A DNA stretch of 64,000 nucleotides. Source: Plasmodiophora brassicae. Lineage: Eukaryota. Both the position numbers and the translations under genes were made by a program. The notes below the pieces were generated by a model that was given only the letters and a program-made list of their open reading frames with translations, ran no database searches and had not been told where the DNA came from. Positions 1 to 13,836 of this stretch are shown one piece after another (the first letter of the stretch is position 1; every line of letters begins with the position of its first letter). The DNA is taken from positions 744,001 through 808,000 of the forward strand of contig CP145424.1 of assembly GCA_036867785.1 (NCBI GenBank), in the 5' to 3' direction.

Positions 1-67
1 ACAGCAGGGCGCAATCATGTACACATAGCAATGGTCGTTCCGGGAACCTATAGGATGACGGATGGCG

Positions 68-735
68 CTAACGGCGTCGTTGTCGTTCAAGGCCATGGCG
101 GATCGCACTGGCGGCCGCCTGGAGCAGGCGATGGGATGAGGAGAAGAGGGCGAGAGACGACAGATGATCGCTCCGGCTTTCCACGTCGAATACGAGCACG
201 TCGACCTGGTGCAGGTCGTACAGGATGATGTCCTTGGCGCGGCGAGCATCATCGCGAGGCACGTGGACGATGAGCAGGTCCGGTCGGTCCGTCGCGTCGT
301 CAACCACGATGTTCCGCCCGCTCAGTGCACTGAGCATGAACCCAATGTATTCGCGGGCTCGGTCGACGGCTCGACAGGTCCCGACCGCGACAGCACCGTC
401 GCTGTAGATGGCCAGCGATTCCAGGCCCGATGCCCGCTGGATGCGCATCGCACCGACCTGTGTCGGGCCCGCCACGTACCGAGCCGCGTCCTGTGCACGG
501 CTCCTCAGCGAGGGTGATCGTCGAGGCGTGGTTCCAAACAAGCGACCTTGTTCCCTGCGGGGAACGGGATGATGGCACGCGTCGACCCGATCGCACCCGT
601 CCGGCTGAACTCGTCAAACAGTTTCGCCAGGAACTCGTCGGCCATCACCTTGGCCGTCGTCGGGCCGGCATGGCAACCCGGGCAGACGATGCAGACTAGC
701 GCCAGCAGCCAGCACAGCAGTCGTTGCGCCGGCAT
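68..735 (-). CDS. Putative secreted protein of unknown function (~203 aa, 2 exons)
   Basis: ATG at 735 gives MPAQRLLCWLLALVCIVCPGCHA (signal-peptide-like). A GT..AG intron at 546-491 (56 nt, phase 0) joins it in frame to ORF 68..541. Confidence 0.6.
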
Positions 736-985
736 CGTGCAACAACCGCGACTGGTTGCCCCCCTCCTGCAAACCCAAACGTTCCCCCGTTGGGAACTGC
801 GCGCGCCGCAAGGCCACCTGTCGAGGCAGGACCTGTAGCCGAACGTAGATCACAGGGCCGCACCAGGTCGGCAGATGTATACGTCGTTGGTTGTGCGTGT
901 GCTGAGTTTATGCGAAGAGAAACGAAGGTGGCCTGCGCCTGCCAGAATGAAGACAAAGAGAGCGATCGCAGAGTGCCCCAGGCGA

Positions 986-1939
986 CTATTTCGCCGAGAT
1001 CGGTGCCAGCGACGGGAACGCCGACTGGTCGTCAATGTTGACCTGCCCCGTCGTCGTCGTCGCCGGTGGCGATCGTCGCACGAACGGGCGCTCGCCCGGG
1101 CCAGCAGCACCGCCGCGTCCGCCGCGACCGCGGCCGCGTTCACCGCCACGAGACTGTCCGCGTTCGCCACCGCGGAAGGCGCCGCGCCCCGCCCCACGAG
1201 GCGCGCCACCGCCACGCCGCGCCTTGGCCGCGTCCTTCGTGAACTCGTCCAGCGACACGGTCGTCGGCTTCTTCTTCCCGGCCGCCTTCTTCGACTGCCC
1301 GCCCTTCTTCTCGTCGCCGGCGAACAGGCCCGACTCGTCCGCGTCCTCGTCGGGCAGGTCGAGCTCGCGCTCGTTGGCGTCGCGCTCGACCTTGCGAATG
1401 TTCAGCTTCTTGTCCTCCTCGACACGGAGCGCCTCCTGCGCCTTGTAGTACTCCTCCAGCGACAGCTGCTCCGGTTCCGGTTCGACTTCCGGTTCCGGCT
1501 CCTCCTTGTTCTGCTCCTGCTCAGGCGCCTCGGCGGGGACGTCCTCAGCTGCCTCAGGCGTTGCGGTCGGCTCGGCGGCGGCGGCGGCGGCAGGCTCCTG
1601 GCGCTCATCGGCGACGTCGCCCCAGTTGTGGGCGCCCTTGCCGTGGCGCTTCACGTTCGGGTCGCGACCGGTGCCCGACCGGCGATCGTACTCCCGCTTC
1701 GGTGGGCGATTGCCATGGCCCTGGCGGCGATCCGAGTGGGCGGCCTGGCCACCACGACGCTGACCCGGCCCTCCGGCCGGACGACCGCCAGCCGGCTTCT
1801 TGCTGGTCGCGGCCGTCGACGCGGCCGGCGCGGGCGCCTGCTCCTCGGCGACGTCGGCCTTCACCGGGACACTCGCCGGCTCGTCGTCGTCCAGCAGGCT
1901 GAACGCGTTGGCAACCGCGACCCCGTACATGGACGGCAT
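986..1939 (-). CDS. Hyaluronan/mRNA-binding (HABP4/SERBP1/Stm1-like) protein
   Basis: N-terminal NAFSLLDDDE, central REYDRRSGTGR..KRHGKGAHNWG, LSLEEY, RGG boxes and C-terminal DQSAFPSL. Start is ATG 1939 or 1930. Confidence 0.85.
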   Translation of the reverse strand: MPSMYGVAVANAFSLLDDDEPASVPVKADVAEEQAPAPAASTAATSKKPAGGRPAGGPGQRRGGQAAHSDRRQGHGNRPPKREYDRRSGTGRDPNVKRHGKGAHNWGDVADERQEPAAAAAAEPTATPEAAEDVPAEAPEQEQNKEEPEPEVEPEPEQLSLEEYYKAQEALRVEEDKKLNIRKVERDANERELDLPDEDADESGLFAGDEKKGGQSKKAAGKKKPTTVSLDEFTKDAAKARRGGGAPRGAGRGAFRGGERGQSRGGERGRGRGGRGGAAGPGERPFVRRSPPATTTTGQVNIDDQSAFPSLAPISAK

Positions 1940-2249
1940 TGCGTCAGGCGGCGGCGTCTCAACCACACAGCAGTGAAACGAGCGCTCGCGCGTTATGGAG
2001 CGCAGCAGCGCAGTCCGCGAACTCCGTACGGACTTCGTCCGGCGCGCTGCCTGCCGCGGTCGTTATTCTCGTCACGTTTAACCCGACCGCGGTGTTCCAC
2101 GGTACCCCTCAACATGGCCCTGCAGGGGCAGGGGGTGCCCCCACCTGCAACGTTAAACTAACCGGACCGCCGCTCATTGTTCGCGACGCACGGACGCGTT
2201 CTCATGGTCGTATCGATTCGGGGGTTTACGTACGAGATTCCTGCGGGGG

Positions 2250-5200
2250 TCAAGTGACGGCGAGAGAGTCTGGTATGGGCAGGCGGCGCTTTTCGATGTA
2301 GACGACGAGGAGCTTGCGCGTGGTGGGCGGGATTTGTCGGAACAGCGAGGCCAGCGGTTGCTCGCCGATGGCACCGTATAGGTCGATGGCGCAGAAGATG
2401 GACGCTTTGCGCACCTCGAGCTCGGTATGGCTCAGTAGGGGCGGGAACAAGGGCAGGAGTCTGCCCAGCGCGCTCCCGGTATCGGGTTCAGCGCGTTCGA
2501 CGCCAACCAACTAGGGGTACGACTGTCAGGTTAACACCGGGAACGTACACGAGCGTTCGAGACAGACCAGGCAGGAAATAAACTCGATAGCCGTAACGAG
2601 GTCAGCCCTGGACGTGGTTGGATCGGACAGCTTCCCTTCAATTATGCCGATGCAGTCGCTGAAATCGAACACGGCGACGGCTTCTTCGAACAGGGCAATC
2701 TTATGAAGCCTGTCCCAATCAGTCAGGTTTACGGGCGTTGCATCCCAGTGGCGGTTGGGCGCCGACGTGTCACTGAGTCGAAGAGCGAATAGGCATCGGA
2801 AGGCTGTCGCACAACACGATCGTAGAATCGTACGTAAATCAGCATCTGACTCCCCCAGTAGTCGCCGAAGTACGTTGGCTGCCTGTACGTGCACGCTGGA
2901 ATCGTCCGTGGACAGCATAGACGCAATCTTGAAGAGGAGCGAGTCCAGCGTCGCCTTGGAGGACAACGAATCCAGCGCCCCCAGAGAGCACTCGAGAGCG
3001 AGATCCAGGTCTTTGAGCGCCTTTCGCATGCACTCAGCACGGCGACACATCTGCAATCGCTGGCACAGACAACTTACGCGCTCGGCACCTCGGCTCGATG
3101 CGCACTCAACCACGCTCCTAACGGCACTTGACAACGTCTCGGCATCAGAAGTCGACGGAGGTTTGGGATCACCCGAGCTCGATTCATAGTCTTGCGGACG
3201 ATACTCAACCGCGTTTACCTGGTATAACCGGTGTAAGAGGCAACGCTAGCAGCCCGTCGAGTGAGCGCACATACGTCGTCATCCAGTTGTTCATGTTCAG
3301 CAACTGCCTCTGGGACATCGTCTGCGTAAGCGGTGTTAGCAATGGTCAGAAGCGATGCGGGGCTCTTGGTACCAATGACAATATCACGCTCAACGGAAGC
3401 TGTTCTACCCATGTCCACCTCCAGGTGCTCATCCGAATCGGCGTGACCGTCACCAAGCAGGCGCTGCAGATGCGCCTGATCCTACGAAACGTTCAGTAGG
3501 TTAACAGAGTTGGAGAAACTCGACATACAGAATGGGTCATCTGTTGCGAGCAGCGAGAGAATAGTTCGCGGTCCATGTTGAGAAGCATATGCAACAACTG
3601 GGATACGGACGTGCTCGACGATGCGTGCCTAGCCGAAAAGAACGGTCGAAGCCGGGTAAAGGTTGTCCTCATATGCTGGCCTTGGCGGAAATACGCCAGA
3701 GCTTCATTCTGACGTTCGTTGCACAGCTTGATGAGCGCCTGCAGGATGTCTTGCTGGAGACGCGGGCTAGGCGACGAGCCGACTAGCCGCAGCAACTCGC
3801 TGATGAGGTCGTTGAATTCTACGGGAACCGTCAGACTACCGCTGACAAACAAAGGCACGGAACAATACCAGATCTTTCGAACAGCACGTCCAATGCCTGT
3901 GCGGCAGCAGTGCGAACCTGCACATAGCAAAGGTAAGTCGAGGGTTACGCTCCGGGTCAGCAGTCCGCTTACGTGTTCTTTTCCATCGATACAGGTATGA
4001 TATAACCCTGGCAGGAGGCGCTCCAAGCCATTCTTCGTGATCTCAACAGTCTTGACAAATGCGCCCGCCGTTCGAAGGCCGGCGGAAGCCACTTTATGGT
4101 GTCGATCGGAGATCCTCTGCTGCAAGGCGCTGCTGATACGTTGGACCTCATCAACAGTTAGTGGGCTTGACAGGATGATATCATAAAGCTGATCCATTGC
4201 CCGCAGACGCTCCATCCACTCTTTGGACGTTGCCAAATGCAGCACTTCGTCTAAAGACAAGGGCGCCGACGAATCGGCTGACGTCGACTGCGGACCCGTG
4301 GCGGTCGGCGCCTGTAAGGACAGTCAGAAAATAAGGGAGCAGAGAACATGAATCCGTACAGGCTGAAGGCGCCTTTCGGCCCGCTGGGGTTTACCACCGT
4401 CAGCACTCGAGGCGCTGGCAGGTGCAACCTACGAAATAGTTTGATCAATATGAAACCCGCAGATGTAGCGTTCATCAAGCTGACCTGCATCCGCGATGCC
4501 CTGCCATTGGATGATGATGCACTGGACGGTTTCACAGCCTCTTGGCGAACAACACGAACAGCGCCACCAGGCGCTGTCTTCGGCAGGCGCAAGGACGAGC
4601 CTTCTTTGCTGTCACCAGACTGCTGAAGTCATGGTTAACTCATTTAGGTTCGGAAGGCAGGCCCGTAACCACCTACCGAAGAAGGTTCGACTTCAGGGAC
4701 GCTTTGCTGCTTGTTGCTCAAGGTCAGGCCTGAATTCTCCTTGTCATGCATGTTACCCGGCTGTAATGAGCGTCTTCTCGATTTCTGCGACGCATGGTTG
4801 GCAGACGCGCTGTTAGAATCCTGTAGCAGATTCTTCTGGACGCCTGAACAAACAGGTCATCTACGGACGGGAGAGCGTACACGGGCCACATACCACTGTC
4901 CAGCGACGACATCAGTTCCTCCGCGCGTTCAGGCCAAAGGTCCTTGACGGCCCAAAAGCACGTGCGAGATGCTGCTCGCGCTAACTCGTTGGCATCGCTG
5001 AGACCGAGACGAATCTGCTCCACAATGCCATCACAGTATCGTTCCAGATTGTCGTTAGAGGATTGTGCAGTTAACAGTACATGCAAGTATTCCTGAGGAC
5101 ATATGAGCGTGCAAACATTGTTGGCATCCCAGACAACCGACCAACCATGCACGTTGCCCGGAGAGCAGGATTCTTGCCTTTAGCCATATCAAGGATCTTG

Positions 5201-6909
5201 CGAACTGCTGTGTTGATGCGGGTATTCTTGATAATACTGCGAATGCACTTGTCCCCAGCAGACGCTATAACCTGTTTGGAGATGTCATCACCAGAACGTG
5301 TTGCCGCATTCAACTGCCCTACCTGCACACTAGTGAACGTCAGCTTAAGCAGTTCAGGTAGAACGACGTCAGCAATCGCCGAGAAATCGTTCTGCAATGA
5401 ACAAGACATGAACGCTAGGATAGAGCACGCCTCCTGCCATTAGCACTGTCAAAAGTAGAGTAACTGAAGAGCAGACACGACGTCACCTTCGCCACCGCAG
5501 AACGCAAATCATGAGCTTGTACAATTAGAGAAGGCGCAACTCGCTTCAGCTGGGCGTTGAACGGCGGTAGATGTCGAGCAGGCCCGATACACAGCGAGGC
5601 TACTCTGCGAAGTGTTTGGATCCGCACTTGCCAGTTAGCCTTGACGTCACGGAGGACCTCAATGCAGGATTCGATTTCGGATTCGAGATCTCGTTCAATG
5701 CTGATTGGCGAGGGCCGAATATCGCTTGAGACATCCATGTCAGACGTACACGCGTCGTCGTCAGCACGGTCATCCCTGAGCGAAACATCAGGATGCTAGC
5801 GCAGGACGAAAGAAAGAAGCCCTCTTACGACGACGACGGAACAACGGATGGTGCTGAAGGTCTCACTGGTAGCTTGGACCAGTCGACGGCGATCCTAGGC
5901 CTATCTGGGAGAGCCGTGATATCGACTTGCGACTCGATACTCTTGAGCTGAGCGGGGCGCACCGTCGACTGGTTCTTCAGGTACAGCCAGAAATCACGGC
6001 CAAGATATTCCAGCAGGAATACTAACGTGCCCATCGCTTCCTCGCGAACATTACCCATCTGCAGTATGACGGGCGTTAACGCTGTCATACCCAATACGTA
6101 TCGCAAGGATCAGACCTGATCATCGAGCATTCTGAATAGGAAGGGAAGGAACGACCCCATGGGGTAGAAATCGGGGCCGAACAGTTCGACAGCGCGACGG
6201 TAGCATAGCAGTCCAGAATGTCGAACTCCACTGTTCCTAAGGAGCAATCAGCAGGCGCGCGGGCATGGACAACTATATAACGGTCCCTACCGGTGGACGA
6301 GACTCGCCTCTTGCAGCTTATCCCAGATGAAGTTCGGTTCATCAACGGCACTCATGAACTCGATGACCAGGTTCTGCGCCTGACCGCGGACGCCGGCTTT
6401 GACGTCCCCAAGTCGTTCAACAACTGGCGGTTGCACGTCGCATCACAACCTCAAAGACCGACAATGCGCACCGTACTGACCTGCTTCGAACGTCGTGTTA
6501 AAGTATGTGCATGCTGCCGCGCCATGGCTTCTGACAAGGGAGCGCAGAATACCCAGAGACATCTCGCAGACCTACGGCAAGCATCGTCAATCAAGCGCCG
6601 ACACGATACAGCGGACGTGGGGACCCACCTTCGTGTTATTGCCCTTGGCAAGGTTTCGTAAAATTTTGATGAGGGCCAGCACCCTTGAATCATCCAGCTA
6701 TCCGAACAGACGACATTAGGGTGCAATCGGGCCGAATCTGAGCACTGCGACGACCTTCAGCTCATGCGTGTCAACCATGGACGCCAGCATGTCCAGTCCC
6801 CGCATCCTGTTCTTTGCGTCTACGCCACGGTCAGCACCATCCCCACCGAGAGTGCCGGTGCCACAGCGGCATCACCTGCGTCGCCCAGGAGGACCTTGAC
6901 CTCCTCCAT
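2250..6909 (-). CDS. CLASP: CLIP-associating protein (CLASP), multi-exon TOG/HEAT protein
   Basis: Spliced start MEEVKVLLGDADAKNRMRGLDML; NWQVRIQTL..DLRSAVAK; VIASAGDKCIRSII; KEWMERL; C-terminal VRKASIFCAIDLY. Confidence 0.88.
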
Positions 6910-7158
6910 GGCCGCGACAATGTCTCCGGGGCAGAAGCAATTCCAGTCTGCCCCAGCGACAAAACACGGCATCGCAAAATCCAAAACGTGGCCTACGAAC
7001 ACCACCACACTGCGACTCGCCTGCTGTAGACTGCATCGGCAGCAGCACCAACGATCTGGCCACGCAGGCGACTGGTGATCAGCGTAGGGAGGGACGCACA
7101 GTGACACGATGGGGTCTGGCACACTGCGGCAATATATAATATCTCTGTAGGAAATGGA

Positions 7159-10100
7159 CTATGTGGTGTCAGTTGTCGCCCACATGATGGCGTCGGAGTC
7201 GACCACATCCGATGGCCAGTACTGCTGCGCCGCGTTCGTCGGGGCATTGCCGGCCGGGTTCGGGGACGACGACGGCGGGTCGGGGTTCGGCGCAAACGGC
7301 TGTATCAGCCGATTGTAGATGTTGTCTGGATTATCGGCGGATGACGCCGTCGTCGTCGTCGGCGCCGCAGACGCTGATGCCGGCGCGCGAATAAGACGGC
7401 TTGGAGCGGTGTGTGTCGAGTTTGAGCTGGATATCAAGCTCTCCAGTGCTTGCAGATCCGGCTGGGATCCGCCCTGCTGCGCAATGCTGATCACATCGCG
7501 CGTCCTCCTCGAAAGGCCAGGTGGAGGGACACCAGACGGACCGGGCGCATTCGAGATCGACGATCCCGAACGCGCGTTCGGTCGATGACCACCTCGCGGT
7601 TGAGACTGGAGACGCAATTAGGTACGTGCAGGGGAAGGCTGCCGCGCGCTACGTACCGAGGTCTTCAGGTTCAGTGGCGGCACGTTGATGCCCCAGCTGG
7701 TCAGGTTTTCGTAGACTTCAACCTTATACTTGTTCACCGCCTCGCGGTACATGGTGGCGTACTGTGCTTTGAGCTGTGCACACGCGGTCAATTGGGAATG
7801 TCGTCCGGAACGCGACAGACCCGAGCCGTACAGCGCGGATGTTTTCGTCCAGCTGCGACCGAGACGAACGCAGCGTTGCCAACTGCGCTGGGGTCAGCAC
7901 GGAAATGTCGAATCCCGTCAGGAACGTGCTCATGTCAATCGACTGGCGGCCCAATTTCAGACCCGATGGTTGGACACTAAGAACGCGCACGGCACTAACC
8001 GAATCCGGGGACTTGGACGACGGGGTCGCAGTACGCGATGACAGTGACTCCACGCTGCTTGTCGATGACGGCTGAGCGGGACCAGGAGCGTATAATTGAT
8101 TCGACGACGCTGTACAGCTGTCAGAACATAGGCGTGCACATACTGAATGTAGCCTGCCACCTGGGGCTAGTCGGTCACCTGTAGCGTGACCCTCTAGACC
8201 GTTCGGCCCACTTGCTTCAGGCTCTATGCCAGATGGGTCAACGCGGGGAATGCGCACGACAAGTGTGCCTAGCAGGCGCATACCTTCACTGATCTGTCGT
8301 CGCGCTGGCCCTGATGCTGGCGTCGCCTGTACGCTTGGCGTCGACGCTGCCGTCGTGGTTGGATGTTGAGCAGGAACTTGCAACGTTGAAGCAGGGGCAT
8401 GAACAGCAGGGCCGGTAGCCAGCCCTGCAAGATTTTGCTGTTGTGGAGCAGGACCCTGAGTAACAGTCGGAACGAACGGGGACGCCGATGGGAACTCGGA
8501 CTGCCCGTGGCCCGACGAAGACACTGAAACGGACGGGGACGGTATGGATGCCGTTGAGCCCACTGGAGTCATCACAGGACGTGGACGACTGTCGGCAACA
8601 ACCGGTACAGGTAAGTGGTGGTCGGGCTCGTGCATCGACTGAGTTGGAGAGATGGACAGTTGGCTGGGAGGAGCAGTGAGCGTCGCCGGAACGGCAAGTG
8701 ATGACTGGACTCCAAATGCTGCAGCACCGCCTGGTACAGACAATCCGACACTTGAGGGCGGCACTGTTACAGGGGAAGACGAAGATCCAGCGACGGAAGC
8801 AGAACTCGAAAGAGATGACATGGCGGAACCGAAAGGTGTTACAGAAGGTGTGGGAGCATGGGAGGCAGCAGAAACGGCAGCAGAGTAAACAGGCAGCGTA
8901 CCTGTTCCTCCAGCACCGGAAGTCGTCCCGTGCCCAACAGGATACGTCCCATACTGTGGCGGGACGGCGCCGGTAGGTGCCTGCGCCGTATAGGACCCGG
9001 CAAGTGCTGGCATCCCAGACGAGTACGGAAGCACAGGAGGGCCGCTCGGCGTTACGTAAATGTGAGAAGGTGGCACTGACGACGACACTGGCTCCTTCCT
9101 CGGTGGGAGGTCGGCAACCGGTTGCCCGGAAGGAGGGGCTTGGGTACCAGTAAACGGATCGGAAACCTGCAATAACGTTAAACGAGGTATAGCAAACGAC
9201 ACGCGTCAAGCATACAACATCGAAGGACAATGCTCGCTGCAGCGAGGGCGCAGGAGTTGGGCTGAGACGCGCACCGGTTCCGTTTGGCGTCGACAGCAGC
9301 GACATCGTATCTCGCACCATAGCCGGTTGGTCGACATCGGTGTTGACGCCGACCGCGTTTACGCTAGTCGGCGGTGCCAGACTTCGCGCCGCGGCTTTCC
9401 ACTTCTTCTTCTCGTCCCTGATGGCCGAATCGATACCCTGAGATTGCCCAGATCAGGAACACGAGGGTAGAACCGGGATGGGAGCATACCTCGGCAAGCT
9501 TCCCGCTCGCGGATTCTTGCAAGTCGAGCTCCTTCACCATTTCAATTGCGACAGATTCGGCAGTATCGGACTCCAGGTCGAATGGGAATTTGATCTCCTT
9601 GCGGCGACTGCCCAGATCCAGCCTGAGCACTATGCGGGCGATGTTGTCGACGGTGCTTTCCAGCGTGACCTCCAGCGACGAAACGGCGGCCTCGCGCTGG
9701 GACTCGGAATCATCGTCGTATGCGGCCCGGTACTGACTGGATTCACTGTGATCGGCGACGGCCGCCAGTTCCATGACCGGGACCTGCTCAAACAGTCGAG
9801 TCAGAACCCTGACGCGGCAGGCATGGACATTGGATTGCGCGAGCAATGTGACGAAAATATCCCAGTGTCGCAATTAGCATTCTTACAAGAGGCGTTGTCG
9901 GAGACGTCGAAGTGATCGGCTCATAATTGATCGCAGCGCGTTCCCGGTAGTCCTGGAACCTCGGATCCAGGAACGGGTGCCGAAGAAGGTCATCCGCAGC
10001 CAAACGGAAGTTGCTCTTGGCGAGACACAGCTCAATAAATTCACGCGTCTGCCAGTCGGTAACCCGATTAAGACTTTCGGGTCGGATCCCCTGTTCCAAA

Positions 10101-11135
10101 CGGGTCAGCGAGATCCATACGTTCCGCGAACAACGATGCCACACATACCGCAGACACTTTCTTGAATATTTGGGCCGTGTTGGTGCACTCCGCGTACGGG
10201 TACTCGTTGGAAATCATCTCCAGAACGCACATACCGAACGCGTACACGTCGACCTGGCGATCACGCGTGTTGGGTGCAAACCCACGACCTTCGGACGACA
10301 CAGGGACAGGTACCTTCTCAGTATACCATTCATCGTATAGCTCCGGAGCCTGCAACAAATAATGGATCAGCTAACGACAGCGGATGCATGCGCCGTCAGC
10401 CAACCATGAACTCGGGTGTGCCAAGAACGGAGGCGACGTGAGTCGCGTTCCGCATGGTCGATAGACCCAGATCGCCTATTCGAATGTCCCCGGTACTGCC
10501 GTTGATGAAGATGTTGTCGCATTTCAGGTCCCGACTGATCCAAGACTGATTAGCCAGGCATTAGCGAACAGTCCCGGGACAGCTTACTGGATAATCGGAG
10601 GGGTCTTCGAGTGCAGATAACAGAGTCCTTGCAAGATCTGCCGGCACCACCTGAAACGAAAGCCATCAGACCATGCTGGGACAGTCTGAACACGAGCGGA
10701 TACCGACTTCTTAATCACTTTGAGCTTGACCGGTTTGAACCGTGACACGTATTGTTTCAGGGTCCCCGATGTCACGATCTCGGTCGTGAAAATGACCTGC
10801 TCAGCGTCCGGGTTCTCCCATGAGTTGTAGAAGTTAATGATGCAATTATGGTTCAGGTTCTTCAGGATGTCCGTTTCGCTCTTCAAGCGAACCTTTTCCC
10901 GCTCGGGCAATCGCTTCAGCTCGACCGTGTTCCACGCGACTTCAATGCCCAGGTCCGTGTCATACGCCAGCCAGACAGACTTGTACGCGCCTGATCCCAG
11001 CTTCTCATCAAACTGGTGGCAAACCCGTCAAAATCTGAGCGACGATCACAGAGCATGGACGAAACGAACACGAATATATCGACCGTCTGGGCTGGTCTCG
11101 ACGCCTTCGAGATCGGCTCGATTTCGGTGGGACAT
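7159..11135 (-). CDS. WNK: WNK-family Ser/Thr protein kinase with long Ser/Pro-rich C-terminus, multi-exon
   Basis: [16 protein letters not shown] (Lys in the Gly loop), [38 protein letters not shown], and an OSR1-C-like [21 protein letters not shown]. Both termini are approximate. Confidence 0.88.
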
Positions 11136-11985
11136 GCGATTCGCGGGCGTGCTCAGAGCGATCTCGCCATCCAACAACTGGTTGTCGTCCGCCCCTGCGA
11201 AAGAGCCGTCAGCCCGTCACGGACCAAATCGGACCAAAATCCACCTGCGTCCTTGACGCGCTTTTTTGGAGTCGGAGATTATTTGAGGGCTACTACGTAC
11301 GCCCTCTCACCACACCATTCTTCCTCCGAACTGAACAACGGGGCCCGGCCTCGACAGGGAAGCGCTCACGGCTTGTCCTGAGTAATCTCGTCGAATGATT
11401 CGCCGATGTCCCGATTTGCCGTGCGAAGTCCTCGGACGACGCCGTTTAAGACTGTGCCAGGTTCGCCTGACCGTGGATGTACTGGAGCACATGGATGGGC
11501 GTCACCTCCCAACATACATCAGGGAAGCGGGCCAGTCCCACCACCGAGCATTGTCGGTGTTGGGTCTGCCAATATCTCCCGTCTACAGGCCGCGTTCGAT
11601 GTAAATTCCTGAATGCTCATGCGCAAGTGGTACGCTGCTAGTAGAGGTCGGTGCACACGCCCGTCAACGTACAAGCGCAAACGGCCGCCGCCGACAATTC
11701 AACGATGTTCAACAGCCAGAAACTCAGATTGGCCCAACGTCGGGCATGTAGAATACAGGACGCGCCATAAGGAAACCCTAAGCGCCCCACCGCTCGTACA
11801 TACGGAGCAGACGTAAACAGGGCCGACGAACATCGTTGTGTGGGCTGTTTTTACTGGCGACGACGCGACGCAGGACGTGGCACCGCGTGCGTGCGTGCAT
11901 GCGTGCGTGCTCTTTGCCGCACCTGCGCGTTGCGACGCACCAGCCGCCCGTCGCCCTTAGGGAACGCCGCCCGGCCATTTTCACT

Positions 11986-13490
11986 ATGGTGCGGCACAAC
12001 GACAAGGACGACGATGCTGGGCCGCCGCCGCACCTGTTGTCCAGCAAGCAGATCGCGTCGTACGCGGTCGGACATGGTTGGAACGCCCGTCCCCAATGAA
12101 CGTGCCGCTTTCTGACCTCTCATCCAGTGCTGAACGATATGTCGGCAACCTGTTGGTAAGCACGCGTGCGCGCGCGCGCGTACGTGCCTGCACGCCTCGG
12201 CAATCAACGTCATGTATGTACAGGTTCGGGTACTTGCTCCTGTACCTCAAATCGTCAGCGATGCTGTCGAATCTGAACGCCGGCATGGTCATGATGGTCG
12301 GGCAGTACGCCGACGCGGTCGCCACGCCGCTGGTCGGCATCTTCAGCGATGCGTCGAAAGGGTGGCCCGGACTGCATCTTGGTCGACGAAAACTCTGGCA
12401 CCTGATGGGAACCCTGATCGTTCTCGTCTGCTTCTCGTCGATCTTTGTCGTCCCGTTCCATACGTCCCGGGTACCGTACACAGTCGCCTACTACGCGTCC
12501 GGTGCCGCGTTGTTCAACGTCGGCTGGGCGTCCGTTCAAGTGTCACACATGGCCATGGTCCCCGAGCTGACACCCATCGACGACGAACGGGTCTGCCTGA
12601 ATTCGTGGCGGTACGCCGCTCAGGTCGCCGCCAACAGCTCCGTCTACGTCCTGTTCCTGTTGTCTTGCCTGCTGACGCCCGACACGGACGAGGCCTTCCA
12701 CCTCCTCGGCATCGGCGTGATCACCATCGGCACGTTGTTCACCATCGTCTTCCATGTCGGTACGCCGAACCCGCCCGACGTCACCTCATCCTTCAACGAC
12801 ACAACCGCAACGGTCACTTGGCGCCACTGGCTTCGAAGCCCGCTCCTCTACGTCGTCGCTGTCGTGTACACATCCGCCAGGGTGGTCGTCAACATCAGCC
12901 AGGTCTACCTGCCGTTCTTCGTTCGTGACGCGCTCGGCATGGGCAAGACAGCGATCGGTGCCGTCCCGCTGGTCATGTTCGCGGCCTCGTTCCTGACGTC
13001 GTTCCTGCTCGGGCGACTGAATGCAGGCCTGGGTCGTCGTCGTGTGTTCGTCGCTGGCGCGTTCGCCACGTTCCTGTCCATCGTTGCCATGTCCAGGTTG
13101 ACGTCGCCCATGTCGGCATTCGTGTTCCCGGTGGCGTTCGCGCTCGGCGCTGGCAATGCAACCATCATGGTGCAGGCGATCTCGATGGAGAGCGACCTGG
13201 TTGGAACGCAGGACGGCAGCGCGTTCGTGTTTGGCGCCCTGTCCTTCTGCGATAAGCTCGTCAACGGCGTCATCATCATCCTGATCGAGAGCCGGGCGAT
13301 CCAGACCGGCGACTTCATCCGCGTGGTGTTCTGCGGCGTGCCAGGCCTCGCCGTCGCCCTCGCCAGCGCCGTCGTCCTGTTCGTCGCCTTGCCACCTCCT
13401 CCTGGGACGGACCGTGCCCATGATCAGGATCACAGTTACGTTCGTATTGCAGAAGACTCTCCCAGCCATCGCACTCCCCTAGTGTGCTAA
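11986..13490 (+). CDS. MFSD12: MFS transporter, MFSD12-like (GPH/melibiose family)
   Basis: Spliced N-terminus YAVGH-VLNDMSATCW-FGYLLLYL, GQYADAVATPLVG, GRRKLWH, FNVGWASVQVSH, AFVFGALSFCDK; about 12 TM segments. Confidence 0.85.
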
Positions 13491-13836
13491 ATAGCGGTCC
13501 GGTCCAACAAATTACTACTTGACGGTTACCTGACAGACAGAGCCGATAGTCGTGGGCCGACATACAAATCAGGAGTTTAGTTGGGGTTGCCCTGTAGCAT
13601 CGCCATCGCCAACGGGAGGCTGAATCAGACCTGCCTGGGTCAGTTGCCACGATATTGCAGAGCGGGCCAGGCAGAGTCAGCGAAGTTCCCACTGCAGTGG
13701 ACGCGGCAGGTCGGCACAGTTCTCGAGCACGCGGGCCTCGATACAATGTGTGGTCGATCCAACAATTACCAGCGGACCGTTACCTGCCAGCTGGCAAGCA
13801 CTCGTGCTTCAGTACAGGGAAAACGTCGGCGTCGGT

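Noticed and set aside
875-2161. 428-aa plus-strand ORF
   Set aside because: Antisense shadow of the SERBP1-like gene, caused by GC-rich codon bias.
8286-9320. 344-aa Cys/Arg-rich ORF
   Set aside because: Mostly an alternative frame of the Ser/Pro-rich WNK tail; only its first segment is likely a real exon.
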